Of a stretch of DNA of 64,000 bases, positions 13,800 to 28,077 are shown piece after piece. The DNA comes from Octopus sinensis (lineage: Eukaryota): positions 43,896,001 through 43,960,000 of the forward strand of contig NC_043003.1 in NCBI RefSeq assembly GCF_006345805.1, written 5' to 3'. The translations under genes were made by a program, and so were the position numbers. Numbering within the stretch: position 1 is the first letter of the stretch; each line of letters opens with the position of its first letter. Below the pieces are notes generated by a model that was not told the origin of the DNA, made no database searches, and worked only from the letters and a program-made list of their open reading frames with translations.

Positions 13800-14052
13800 T
13801 TATCCAAAATGTACTGTATTCTATATCCATCACGGCTGATGTTACCAATCTGGTTCGCGCAAGGAATACAATGGGGTGTTATGTAGCAATCCGATTATAT
13901 AACCTTACGCTCATCAGAGTTAGCGCATTCAGCTAAGTCTGCTGAACGCAAGGTTGTATAATCGGATTGTCAGCTATCACTGCATTGCAATTCTTTCGCG
14001 AAACTCATCGGTAAGATCAGCCGTGATGGATATATAATGCTGTACCTTTGGG

Positions 14053-14056
<4 letters not shown>
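13800..14056. repeat. ~257-bp imperfect palindrome flanked by TA, with a divergent HHR-like motif in each arm
   Basis: Terminal arms t(t/a)atcc(a/c)aa(a/g)gtac...atccatcacggctgat(g/c)ttacc. Minus CUGAUGA at 13911-13917; plus CUGCUGA at 13939-13945 and GAAA at 14000-14003. Confidence 0.8.
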
Positions 14057-14088
<32 letters not shown>

Positions 14089-15309
14089 CTCATATTTACT
14101 GAAAGTATCACATACACAAACTACACCAAGTGAATATCCCGCATAGACGATATTACTTATGTTTAACTAATTTATCAATGCATGCTATTTTCTTTGGCAA
14201 CACAAATACTGTTCTTTTTTCTTAATCACTTCTTAACGTTTTGTTTTATTCAACTTTATTTCACTCATTCTTAGCGTTTATACTTATATAATTTTGGTTA
14301 AAGTTCAATCCAAATCACACTACATTTGAAATGTGACATGTTCCTGTACTTTCAGCGCTCTAGTTAATTATTTGAACGTCTGTCACTTGATTCTCACTAT
14401 TATTATTTATATCACTATATTATTCGCATAGCAGTATTGTTCTACATGTTCACTTGTGTTTGATGATTAGTCACGGTAGACTGAGAAATAAGATTCTGAT
14501 ATTCAACTTCAATAATTGATTATAGTTTCGTGTGTGTAATTATATATTCGTATGTAAATGCATTTTTACATGCGTGCGTGCTTTTATGAGCGTGCGATTA
14601 TGTGTGTTTGTGAACGTTTGTTTAATCTGAGATTGTCTCAGCGGCAGAATTGGAACTCAATACATAGAGTCAGGTATTCATTACTTTGTAGCCATTACGT
14701 TATTTCAATTAATGAAGTAACTCGATCATGGCCTGAAACAGGTCTTTAATATATTCACGCGGTATATGTATATGCACCATCTCTTTCTGTCTGCTGTCTC
14801 TCTCTTTGTCTCTTTATCTCTCTCTCAAATACATCCACACACACACACACTAACAAACAAACATACACATATATATTTCGGTCAGGCATTACGAGACTGA
14901 TAACCTTGTGTAGAATTCAATATACAAAATTTCAGCACGAAGCGTTAGTGAGTATAGAGCAGTAATAAGAAAATGATATAACCGAAGGAATAAACAATTA
15001 TTTTTCGAGGTTCATTTTCTTCGAGCACTTTCTACTATATGATGGAGTAGATTCATAGTTAAGTGCCTGAATAACACCATATACCTTCATCGGAGCCGCG
15101 AATAGGAAGTGCAATTTTACTTCAAATGCGAGGTTCCAATGAAGCTATGAGGTATTTCTCAGGTACTCAACTAGGAGTCCACTGCACCTTATAGTAGAAA
15201 CAGATGTAACCCAATGGAGTTCATGGGGTAATCGCTTATTCCTTTGTGATCTTATTTTCTTATACACACACTCACACACACACAAACACACACACACACA
15301 GACACACAC

Positions 15310-15376
<67 letters not shown>

Positions 15377-15602
15377 GGAGGCGCGTGGCCTTGTGGTTAG
15401 GGTGTTGAATTCATGATTGTAAGATCATGGTTTCGATTCCTGGACCGGGTGATGCGTAGTGTTCTTGAGCAAAACACTTCATTTCATGCTGGCATAAATG
15501 AGTAATTCAGCGACGGACCGGCGTCCCGTCCAGATGGGGAATTTCTACGCCAATGAAAACGGGAAATCGGCACTTATGAGCCTGGCAGAGCTCGAGAAGG
15601 AA
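15377..15602 (+). mobile_element. tRNA-derived SINE family D (V-domain-like)
   Basis: A box TGGCCTTGTGG, B box GGTTTCGATTCC, gcgacggaccggcgtcccgtccag segment; second copy at 30308. Confidence 0.8.
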
Positions 15603-15630
15603 CATTTATATATATATATATATATATTGA

Positions 15631-15770
15631 AATGGATAAATGAATTATCTTGTTAAGGATTATTCAACATTTAACCGATACCTGGGTAGCAAAAATCACA
15701 ACAGAAAAAACACGGTTGAAGTAACGACCTTGGGGTGTCGCAACCGTGCCTTAGCGCGGATAATTGAAGT
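15631..15770. mobile_element. Small MITE-like element (family shared with 55043-55145)
   Basis: Imperfect TIR tgaattatcttgttaagg / ccttagcgcggataattga; internal ttaaccgatacc(t/c)gggtagcaaa...cacggttgaag shared with 55 kb. Confidence 0.5.
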
Positions 15771-15773
15771 TTG

Positions 15774-16350
15774 ATATATTTAGTGAAGGGAAGAAATGGA
15801 GCTGAACGAAGATGCTACAGAATTCCTTTTATTATTTTCTACACATGTTTCAAAGGCCGCAAATTTCCAAATTCGGATTGAATAAGGAGACCATTTTGCA
15901 GCATTCTCTTCAGGAAAATCCAGGAATTTAAAAATCCAAAACAAATGCGCAGCAAGGTGTTCGAACAAAACGCTCCCTAGGAGCCCATGAAAAAGCACGA
16001 AACTGTCTCTCAATGTGCGTTGACATCAGGGGGGGGGAGGCCGACGAAAAATCCGTTGGAGTCTGACCTTGATTTATTCCAACGGACTTTTTCGTTGGCC
16101 TCCACCACCCCCCTGACGTCAACGCACATTGAGAGACAGTTTTGTGCTTTTTCATGGGCTCCTAGGGAGCGTTTTGTTCGAACACCTTGCTGCGCATTTG
16201 TTTTGGATTTTTAAATTCCTGGATTTTCCTGAAGAGAATGCTGCAAAATGATCTCCTTATTCAATCCGAATTTGGAAATTTGCGGCCTTTGAAACATGTG
16301 TAGAAAATAATAAAAGGAATTCGTTCAGTTCCATTTCTTCCCTTCACTAA

Positions 16351-16356
<6 letters not shown>
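15774..16356. repeat. 583-bp near-perfect palindrome (arms ~280 bp, ~17-nt loop at 16061-16077)
   Basis: Arms are reverse complements. The ORF track shows near-identical peptides on opposite strands (15987+ and 15928-). The left arm has a 12-bp extra segment. Confidence 0.95.
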
Positions 16357-16385
<29 letters not shown>

Positions 16386-16876
16386 ATATATATATAATAG
16401 CAGTATTAAGATAAGAAAATATTTTTTCTCTCCAACTTTAAGTAGATGAAGAGTTGAGGCAATTAAATACTGCGTTATTTAACTTGAGAGAATCTCTCAT
16501 GAAGGAGCCAACATGCATAAGTGAACTCGTCATTATATCATTGAAAAAAGGGAGAAACGTCTACTACAGGCTGCCGGAACTGCCAGGCAACGTGGTTACA
16601 CCATGATGTGTGTTCCTCAGAATATTCCATCAGAGATATATAACATATATATTCAGGAAATTTTGTCGTAAATAGTCAGTGGGATTATTCCAAAATCATT
16701 CATACCGACAGAAGCAGTGTTAATAGCAGAAAATAGTCTTTACCTTCAATTTAACATGGAGATTATGTTAGAACACAGAATACAGCCTGGAAAGACATCA
16801 ATAATTTATATATCATGGGAGATTTGGCTGAGATACAAACCTTATGTATATACAAATATAGTATAATATTACATAT

Positions 16877-16917
<41 letters not shown>

Positions 16918-16919
16918 AT

Positions 16920-17199
<280 letters not shown>

Positions 17200-17207
17200 G
17201 TATATAT

Positions 17208-17292
<85 letters not shown>

Positions 17293-19789
17293 TATTTATA
17301 TTTATATTTACATACATACACATATATACAAGTATAGATAGATAGACAGATAGATAGATATGACAGTCTTGTAGAACTTCTGTATTTCGTGATTTCAGCA
17401 TGTTTCATATGTACTTTGTCTGCTTTTTATGCATTAAACGTCTATATATTAAGGTTTCAGTGGGCGAATACTGCATTATTATGGCGTATCAATAATGCAT
17501 GCACATTAAATAAGACGGCTATTCGGTACAAATAATTCTTCTGTCGACAATATCTTAGAACATATGTTTATATAGCTTCAATGTTCAGGAATATTATATA
17601 TATATGTATGCATGTATGTATGTATGTATGTATATATTAAGGAAATGCATACATGAACAAAGCTATATTTGTTCCATGCATTTTCTGTTCTTTTATTTTC
17701 ATTGATCGTGTACTCTTAATGGAAAGAGCAGAATGCAGAGACAAACAATAATAATATATTTTTTAAAGAATGTGTTAATCCTGTATTGCGAAAATCCACC
17801 AGTTTATAACGTTTTGTCTGACTTTAATCCCCGTATTGATATTGTTTATAAGTGACATTCAGCCGCTAATACCGCATCATTTAGAAGAACTAATGGAATA
17901 TTTCCAACTCAGTTAATATGTTTGCCCATCGTAATTAAGTAATCCTTTACGTGAAATTAATTCTTATAATTCACTTAAAGCATAAGACAATCTGCTTCCA
18001 ACTAACATTTATTCAATTAGCTTACTACAAGTTGCCAATTTCAATACACAACTAAAGTGTATCATATATAAATCCATGTTAACCATCCTGCTTGCTTACA
18101 TGTGTATATGCAAGCATATAGTCATACATTCATATACAAATTATATATAAATTTTATACATATATATATATATAAATCATATATAAATTTTGTCTGTGGT
18201 TTATGTGTGTTTGTGTATGTAAGATATTTTAAAGAAAAATACATGTAAAAAAATTGATTGATTCTTTGTCGAAACTCTCTTAGAATAGCATCATGATCTA
18301 CTCCATATATAACATCGAACAAATTTTCGTGTAAAAAATCCTGAATTTAAGAAAGTGTTTTAGTTAAGATAGGTCCAGGGAAAAAGACAAGTTAAATCTT
18401 CATAGAGTAAATTCAACGTAGGAAGAATGGACATGATCCATCTTTTGATGAAGCCATATCTTATTGATGATACTTACGTTGCTGATTATATCCTTGTTTA
18501 TGTCATCATTATTCGAACAGAAATGAAGATGAATATCATTCCAGTTGATCTATTCTGTTTCTTCTTTCCTATGATTGACCATACTATTCTCGCAAATAGA
18601 TTCATTTCTATTATTTTCTGATGAGTAGTTACATTTATATTAAAATATTTTCTGAAGAAAAATAGTAGTTTTGTGATTTATCGTCTTTTAACTAAAAGAA
18701 TCTATTTCAACATGATATGAGATCATATTGCACAGGGACAAACCTAAATACTTCACTGAAGTTACAAGGGCACTGTACTGTGTTGCAAATACAGAGATAA
18801 AGTTGATGTATTGCTTAATTGTGGAGTAATCAACAAAATAATGTTGTATTTAGCAGTTTAGTACCAAAGTAAATTCATATATTAATGAACTATTTTTAAA
18901 GGATTATGAGAGTATGATTCTCGTCGAATATCCTTTTCCTTGCTCAAGGAATTACGATCGCGTAGTTACCGTATTTAGTTTGAATTTAGGCCAGTAATAA
19001 TACTACCAAATATTTAATCGAATATAGAAAATACCATTCTAGGTTGTTTTAAGGCTAGAAAACATACGGGCGCTAACAAGCACAAACACATATATATACA
19101 AACGCAGGCGCACAAACACACACACACACACACACACGCACACTCATTAACCCTCTTACTCACAAATATATAAAATCGATCGTTTCGCTTATGATTCAAT
19201 CATAATATAGCATCATTGAGCTCAAACATTGGTCAAACAATTTTCGAAAATTACATAGTATGCAACTTTGAAGATGTTCTGATACGTACAAAATTATACA
19301 GAATTTAATGATAGTCCTCAACTTAAATTACTTCGTAAAATTATCTATGCAACTCTGAACATCTAAATGTCTACATAAGAGTGTTCCAGGTATATTATGC
19401 CAATTACAATAAGAATACAAAAACAAATCACATCACCCCATGATAAAGTCTATTTCATTAATAGAAACAGCATCTATTTCTATTAATGTGGAAAGGCATC
19501 GATTAAAACGGGGTTAATCGAGGGAAATAATAAAGTTTGTATTTACTTCGAAACACGTGGGGGTTAATGGCGAAAGAACCTGCGCTATGTAGCTCTCATC
19601 CAATTCATCGTCATAGTTGAAATATTTGACAAATATTAATCTCCCTTTTATAACACAAATTATTTAGTGTCGGTGCTGTGCAAGCGTAAATATATTCACC
19701 TGCGCATGTATATTTAGGTACGGTACGGTATTTTATGTACATGTGAACATATGCCTATGTGTATGTATACACACATATACACACACACA

Positions 19790-19843
19790 CACATATATAT
19801 ATATATGTATGTATATCCGTGTACACATATACGTATGTAATTA

Positions 19844-19914
<71 letters not shown>

Positions 19915-19967
19915 CGGATAACCATATTATTACGGATAACCATATTTTATCTCAGTAGATGACCACA

Positions 19968-20026
<59 letters not shown>

Positions 20027-20189
20027 AATATATATATGTGTATATATATATATATATACACATATATATATTAATATATATATATACACATATATATATT
20101 TACATATATATATAATATATATATATATATGTAAATATATATATGTGTATATATATATATATTGATATATATATATATATATATAATAT

Positions 20190-20221
<32 letters not shown>

Positions 20222-20240
20222 ATATATACATATATATATG
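19790..20240. repeat. Long interrupted (TA)n tract
   Basis: Direct reading. Confidence 0.95.
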
Positions 20241-21075
20241 TATATACATTCATACATACATATACATACATACATGCATCGATACATACATATGTACTTA
20301 CTTACATACATACATGTAATGCATGTTTATGAGTTGAAGGGAATTCTTTCTTTACGTAATTACATTCGTTGAACACACGTCTGCAAAGATATTGAGCCAA
20401 TTTATTGCTAAACTGTCCACATTCTCGAACTATATGCTTTTCTGCTGAAAAAGCCAAACATTTTTATTAGTCATGTTTGCACACACATCCGCCTAGTATA
20501 CTTGCAGACATACGCATTCACGTATATGCACGCGCCTATCTATAAACTGGTATAAACCGTATTCTCATAATTGAGATCTGTGATAGCATTTATTTCCCCA
20601 TAGCCAGGTTATAAAATGTTTTAATACCGTAGCAAGAAAAAGGCAGATATAGAAAAAGATTTAGAGCTATAGAGAACACATCTGCTGACTTCTACAGATT
20701 TATTCTTAAATATTAAATAGATTGGTATACTTGACAACTGAAATGTTAAATGGTTGTAAAACTTCCATATACTTAATCTTAGAAAAGTCGCTTACCATTA
20801 TTTTTTTCTTTTACTTCAGTATACAAAATATGGCTTCACCTTTGTTGATCATGTATATCTATTTTACTCTTAACTAGTTCTTTTTACTATTTGTGCAATT
20901 GTAATTGCCTCCATTGTATTCTTTTTATATTTTACTAATGCGTATCGCATTACAGTTGCCACAGACACGAGTTTTCTTTGTTTCATTCAGTACTTTAATT
21001 GTTCTGGGAAATTCAATTTTTTTTTAAAGAATATCTTAAGCAACAACATTCTAGATTGCTAAACAAGCAAAGCAA

Positions 21076-21092
21076 TGATTACTACTACTACG

Positions 21093-21175
<83 letters not shown>

Positions 21176-21178
21176 CAT

Positions 21179-21219
<41 letters not shown>

Positions 21220-21262
21220 ATAATAATAATAATAATAATAATAATTATTATTATTATTATTA
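21076..21262. repeat. Compound (TAC)n-(TAA)n-(TTA)n microsatellite
   Basis: Direct reading. Confidence 0.95.
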
Positions 21263-21264
21263 TC

Positions 21265-21690
21265 ATAAATACGAACAAAAACGTAGAAGTTATACCTGGG
21301 TCTACAACATTATACATTACCCAAAAAGTAGCCTGCTAGGAACAGCCCACACTCTAAGCAAAACGCTATCAATTAAATATAACACATACAAACCACAAAC
21401 AAAAAAACACACTCTTTACAGCAATTACATAGTGAAATAAACTTCCACCAGCAAATCAGTTAAGCAACGCATTACACACTAAACATACAATAGAAACAAT
21501 AATACAACAAAAGACTGCACTACACCCCAAGAGAAAATAAATTAACACAATACGATATCAGGAAGAATTTGCGCACTCCCAAACTCCCGACCAGAGAAAA
21601 ACAAAATTCAATGCTGCACGGGGTTGTAGCAAGTGATGGTGGAGAAATTGGCCTGAAACTACCAAATGTTGAACAGTTATATAATAATAA
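21265..21690 (+). mobile_element. R4/Dong-like 3' fragment (RLE C-terminus plus probable 3' UTR)
   Basis: PGSTTLYITQKV / LLGTAHTLSKTLSIK matches the LQGTAHILRRTLSIQ end of 23252-23760. The UTR extent is inferred. Confidence 0.55.
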
Positions 21691-21854
21691 TGTAACAGTG
21701 TACTAACCATTCCACCAGCTGTTTGAAGTAATTATAATAATGGTATCAAATTTTAGTACAAGGCCAGCCATTTCACTGGAGGGAAATTTTGATAACGTCA
21801 ACAGCATTGAACAGTTATATAATAATAATGATAATAATTTCTTTCTTCACATAA

Positions 21855-22065
21855 CTATTTTCAAACTTTCGCACAAGGCCAGCCATTTTGGGAAGCGAAG
21901 AAACATGAATATACAAACTACAGTGCTTAAATGACACTCATTTTATCGACCCTTAAATAATAAAAGGGGAAGTGGGACTCTACGGCATTTGAGCTTAGAA
22001 TGAAAAGACAGACGAAATAGGGGGAAGCATTTCTAACAGTGTAATAACCATTCCACCAGCTGTTT
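21855..22065 (-). mobile_element. Degraded SINE family A
   Basis: Minus head cagctggtggaatggttattacactg, core gtcgataaaatgag, tail ggccttgtgcgaaa. Confidence 0.65.
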
Positions 22066-22084
22066 GATGTAATTATAATAATGG

Positions 22085-22268
22085 TATAAACTTTTAGTAC
22101 AAGGCCAGCAATTTCACTGGAGGGAAATGTTGATAACGTCAACAGCCTTGTTTAACAAGTACTCGGTTTTTTCGGCTCAGAAAGAGTGAACGAAAAAGTG
22201 AACTTAGAAGGAATAGACAAACGAAATGCTGCTAAACATCATGTCCGGCTCGTTAACGGTTCAGCTAG
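22085..22268 (-). mobile_element. Degraded SINE family A (tandem with previous)
   Basis: Minus head ctagctgaaccgttaacgagccggaca...ttagcagcatttcg, tail gctggccttgtactaaa. Confidence 0.55.
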
Positions 22269-22391
22269 TTAGTTGCTGTAATAATAATAACCAGCTGGAC
22301 CCGTGAAAAATTTTCAGAAAATATTAAGATGTAAACATCTCTAAATTGAGCGCTGGTGCCATGAGAAATATTTCATTATTGTGACATTTAG

Positions 22392-22578
22392 AGGTGGCAA
22401 GCTGGCAGAATCGTTACCACGCCGGGCGAAATTCTTAGCAGTATTTCTTCTGTATTTACCTTATGAGTTCAAAATCATCCGAGGTCGAATTTATCTTTCA
22501 ATATTTCAGTGTCGATAAATTATGTGCCAGTTGCGTACTGAGATCGATGTAATCGACAGGATCTCTTCCCACCGAATT
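22392..22578 (+). mobile_element. SINE family A
   Basis: ggtggcaagctggcagaatcgttaccacgccgggcg...gagttcaaaatc...gtcgataaattatgtgccag. Confidence 0.8.
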
Positions 22579-22702
22579 TTATATTGCATAAAGTACTGTC
22601 TGTCTGAGGTTCTTGCTGTGATTTGACATCCAGTACAAACTCTCAGTAGACACAATATCTTCAATCAACAACATCACGATATTGAATACTATGCGAAGTC
22701 TT

Positions 22703-22751
<49 letters not shown>

Positions 22752-22767
22752 TGTAGTAATAATAATG

Positions 22768-22805
<38 letters not shown>

Positions 22806-22813
22806 TAATAATA

Positions 22814-22852
<39 letters not shown>

Positions 22853-22874
22853 TAATAATAATAATAATAATAAT

Positions 22875-23069
22875 CCTTTCTACTAGAAGCAGAAGGCCTC
22901 AAATTTTGGCTTAGGGATTAAGTAGATTTCATTGACCCCAGTGTGTACCCCGTACCAATTTCAACCCGGAAGGTTGAAAGGCGAAGTCGACCACGGTGGA
23001 ATTTGAACAGTGAACACGATATTAATGCTATTTTTCGCCCGGCGTGCTAAAGATGTTGTCAGCTCACCG
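22875..23069 (-). mobile_element. SINE family A
   Basis: Minus: cggtgagctgacaacatctttagcacgccgggcg...gttcaaattccaccgtggtcgac. Confidence 0.75.
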
Positions 23070-23076
23070 ACCTATT

Positions 23077-23807
<731 letters not shown>

Positions 23808-23906
23808 AGTAATAATAAAATCTCCTGTCGCAGTATCAGGAATCAGCTCTCAGGGCTTCTACTCTTAACTGATTAGAAATGTTATCACGTCAATTGTTTT
23901 GATTTG

Positions 23907-24230
23907 GTATAAAAGATGGGCTGCAGCAAATATTCTGTTCAGCACAACAGGCTTGCAATTAAGCATGTTCCGCGGTGGCTGGCGATATGTGCATTTCTGA
24001 TCATGTGCAGGTGTTGGGGAGCATCGTAGCCATGCGTTAAGTGGAATTCTTTCGGAGCTTTGTTCAACATTCTTAAACAATCATTATTCAGCGACCTTTT
24101 GGGCGGGAGGTGTTACTCATCCTGAATAAAATTCTTACGTGTAGTCATGATGGATGTACTGGACTTCGTATATTTGTAACCCACTGCCACTCTGATGGCA
24201 AGCGTTGCTCTTTTACTGAATAGCAACAAC
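23907..24230 (+). mobile_element. Unclassified non-coding interspersed repeat X (internally deleted copy), TAA-associated
   Basis: Colinear with 31085-31553: ataaaagatgggct(g/a)cagcaaatattctg...gtagtcatgatgg. Confidence 0.7.
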
Positions 24231-25037
24231 AACAATAATAATTCATGTATTCCTAAAGGCGCTATTCTAACTCCTATTTTAAATCCACCCTCCTAAAAGT
24301 AGTTTTGCATTTGTTGCTGCTGGTTAAAATTCCTTTGCTCCTGCAACTATGATGGCTAGTTCCACGTCCTGTATTTAGTTCATTGTCGGTATTATTAGTG
24401 TTTCTTATTGTAATTGCTATCTTTGTTGCTGTTCTTCTCTTTCTTATTTTTACCACCGCCTCATTCTCCTTAATACTCTTGGTATTACTATTGGCCTACT
24501 TCTTGTCCTCTATTCCTCCCACTTATACTTCACCATGTAACTTTCATTTAAGTTACCAATTTCGGACAGATTGTATTTTCTCATTGATAAAAAAAAATCA
24601 TATCAGAAACTAAAAGCTAATAGATGTGGCGCTGTATTTCTTCACGTAAATTATTAATTTCACACCAGATAATTAATCAGTTATATATATTAAATAACAT
24701 TGCCATAATTGAAATGTAATTCTTATGAAGACGACAATTCATTATTATATATTTGATCCACTTAGGTGCACTGTGAATTCCAACATATTTGTTCGGGACA
24801 GAAAATGCATTAGATTACATGTATTCAAAGTATTTAAAAACGTATCCTCATATGTGTGAATACAGACGTGGTAGCTGAGACCGATATTATTAATCATCTT
24901 CAAAGATTTATATCAAGATATAACCGATAAGGCAGCGACCATGTATATTGTCATTTCATCATGTTAAAACGTTAATCTTGACTCATTCTTCTGTTTCCAT
25001 TTTGTTATTCTGTCTCGCTCTATTTTCTGCTCATCAC

Positions 25038-25072
25038 TTTCTACTGTAGAGCGTAGGCTCGAAACGTCAAAA
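25038..25072 (+). ncRNA. Degenerate minimal HHR-like motif in a Penelope-like fragment (same family as 40776)
   Basis: ttt-CTACTGT-A-GAGC(gtag)GCTC-GAAA-CGTC-aaa. Stems and GUC site are retained; the CUGAUGA box has 3 mismatches. Confidence 0.4.
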
Positions 25073-25619
25073 TCTTCTCAATTCTCTCCGAATATCAAAC
25101 TAATACACCTACTTCATGTTGTCTCTCTCTCTCCACCCCCCATCTCTCTCCACCCCCCATCTCTCTCCCTCTCTCCCTCTCGCTCTCTCTCTCTCTCTTT
25201 TGTCGTTTGCTTTCTATACATTTGAACCATACTTTGTCACCTAAGGTTTAGAAGCACATAACGCTTATGGTATTATTCTAAGTAGCTAGTAATTTTGACA
25301 ATCTTATTTTTACTGTTTCAACATATTGTATAACGTTCATATTTTTTTATTGAAACATTGTAGCTTGTTCCACCCCAACCAAATAAATCATCTAGCTCAT
25401 AGATAATAGTTTAGTAAGCAACGTTTGGAACATTAAATAACAGTACACCTCTTGTGATTTGTCCAAATGTCTCTCCTACTCTCGAATGTCAGGCCTCTCA
25501 TATACTATATTACCAGCAATGAGGTTTCCTGCACAGGAAATATGTAACTTCTGCAGTCGTTCATATACTCTCTCAATGTTAGACAGACTAAAGATCTACT
25601 TTGCACTTCTAAGACCATG

Positions 25620-25940
25620 CGATTACACCTAGAATGTTCCCTTCCGAGGCACACATCACGGGAAAGTTGTTTTTGGACATGTCAGGGTAAGATTGTTTAT
25701 AGAAAACCAGCAGTCGACCATGCGAAACACACTCCTCTCTCCACGGCATCTATATTATCCAAGAAAAAAGCAAAGGCTGGTACAGCTTCGCTCCAGTGAG
25801 GTCGCAACTTATTTCTACAGCTGAGGGAACTGGAGCAACATGAAATAAAATGTTTTACACAAGAAATCAACACAGCGCATTCAAGATGTAGAACTCACAA
25901 CTCATCAATGTGATCCCGATGCTCTAAACACTGAGCGATC
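25620..25940 (-). mobile_element. Old tRNA-derived SINE (CORE-like middle)
   Basis: Minus head gatcgctcagtgtttagagcatc, middle ttcatgttgctccagttccctcagctgtag. Confidence 0.45.
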
Positions 25941-26272
25941 TAATTTAGGACAGGTAACTTTTTAAGTGCAAAGATAACTAAAGTGATCTCATGAATGTAG
26001 AAAATGAAACAATTCTTACGTTTAATATGCACAAATGCTATCAAATACGTGCAAATTAGGTATCAAAATATAAACTATTATGCGCATATGATGCGTATAT
26101 AGGAATTGTATTATTTATAAAGCGAACATATGTAGCTAGTGACACGAATGCAGAAGTCATAAATTTGTTAACATATGATGATACAAATTAAGTGGCAGAT
26201 GAAACATGGGATGCCGTCTAGGATGAATTTTCATTATGCGTGTGTAAGCGTGTGTGGCTATTTAGGTATATG

Positions 26273-26346
<74 letters not shown>

Positions 26347-27513
26347 ATATATAAATATATTAATAATAGACACACAGAGACACATGGAGACACATAAATA
26401 TGCATATATATACATTTATATAAATATATATATATATGTATATGTGTATACGTATATATACATACACACACACACACACACATATAAATATAATTATTGA
26501 AGAGGACAACAAATATTAAGCCAACGCAAACATCTCAAGTCGTGTAGAATATTATTATTGTAAATCAGTCAAAGATTTACAGCTGTTTCTGGGATATCCC
26601 CGAGTAAGTGATATTCCGTCATCAGAGTCTAAAGGAAAAAAAACAAGGAAAATAAGAATGGTATATATTAATGAGATAACGACATAGAGGAAAAGAATAA
26701 AAGAATAAGGAGATGGAAAGAATGAAGATAAAAGAAGCATAAAATTCATAGTGCAACTTTCCAAAATAATAGAAACAAGTCCTTAGGTGCAATCTTGCGT
26801 AGATCCATGAGAGTAAGTCCTTAGGTGCAACACTGCGAAGAATCATATTGTTTAAGACATCTAGTGAAAACAAACGCGAACATATCAACGTTCGAATACA
26901 GAATGTTAGCGGAGGTGGCTATTAAGTGATAAAAGGAAAGAAGAGAAAATAAATAGAGAGGTAGAGTGATGGGTGGGGAGATTTACGGATTTGCTATAGG
27001 ATAAAGTAATGTATATATATGTATGGTGTCTAAGAAATGTTTATGGGATCGTCGAAAAGACAAGAGGGAGGGTGATGTGGCATTTGTTGTTTTCTTTATA
27101 TTTAAACAAGGAGAGCATTAGCTTCGTATAACTTCATAAACGTTTCTACGATAATGTATTTTCGCAGTTTCCTCTTTACCACACGTATGCACGGAAGCAT
27201 TCACACACTGAGGCCCTAGAACCCTAAAATCGTAGACTGATAAACTATAGCATAAATAACCAAACGCACAATACATTAAGGTGTTGCAAAAATGTGTTTT
27301 GCCGAATTATGATATTTTCCACGATTTGATGATCTGTGACTAGTATGGTCAAGGTGGTGTGAAAATAATTATTCAAAATATGCTACATCTATAACATTCT
27401 TCTACCAACTATAATTAATTGTATATAAAATACTACGCAATATAACCATATACTAATAGATTACTCTAATACACACTGCTACACTCACTAACTCTGTTTT
27501 AACATCTATATTA

Positions 27514-28077
27514 TTGGGTTGTCCGCAAAGTTCGTGCCGATTCATAGTAGCTTACCTTTCGACTTAATGTAGAACATGGTTGAGTCCATAAAATAGAATT
27601 TGACTACACCTCCATTTAGAGCAGAGTTTAAGCTTGTTTTCGTGGAAGAAGGTTTATGTCCCTATAACCTGTGTTAATCTTGTAACCCTTTAAAATGGAA
27701 GATGAGAAAGTTCATTTTCGGCACTTGATGGTTTGGGAACCAGGCAAAAATTGCAGCAGCTTGGCTGGGGTGTGTTACCCCATCCTCCATATTCACCAGA
27801 TATTACTCCTTCGGATTTCCACTTATTCAGTTCTCTGCAGAATTGTCTTAATAGTAAAAATTTCAATTCCTTAGATGAGGTAAAAATTATCTTGATGTAT
27901 TCTTTGCCATGAAACCGCCTCAATTCTGGGAAGTGGGTATTTTCAAGTTAAAGGAAAGATGGAGACGCATTGTGCAAGAAAATGTTTCATATTTGGTGGA
28001 TTAAGACTTTAATAGCAAGTATTTATTGACCTTTTTCTTTCCTTTAAAAAGCGGCACGAACTTTCTCTACAGCCCAA
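27514..28077 (+). mobile_element. Internally deleted mariner (DD34D-type) element with both TIRs and TA target duplication
   Basis: TA|ttgggttgtccgcaaagttcgtgccg ... cggcacgaactttctctacagcccaa|TA. MEDEKVHFRHLM is fused to RQKLQQLGWGVLPHPPYSPDITPSDFHLF...WRRIVQEN. Confidence 0.92.

Noticed and set aside
18477-18652. Minus-strand segment between a strong acceptor (ttttcttcag) and donor (gtaagt)
   Set aside because: All three frames contain stops; it could only be a non-coding exon, and there is no support for that.
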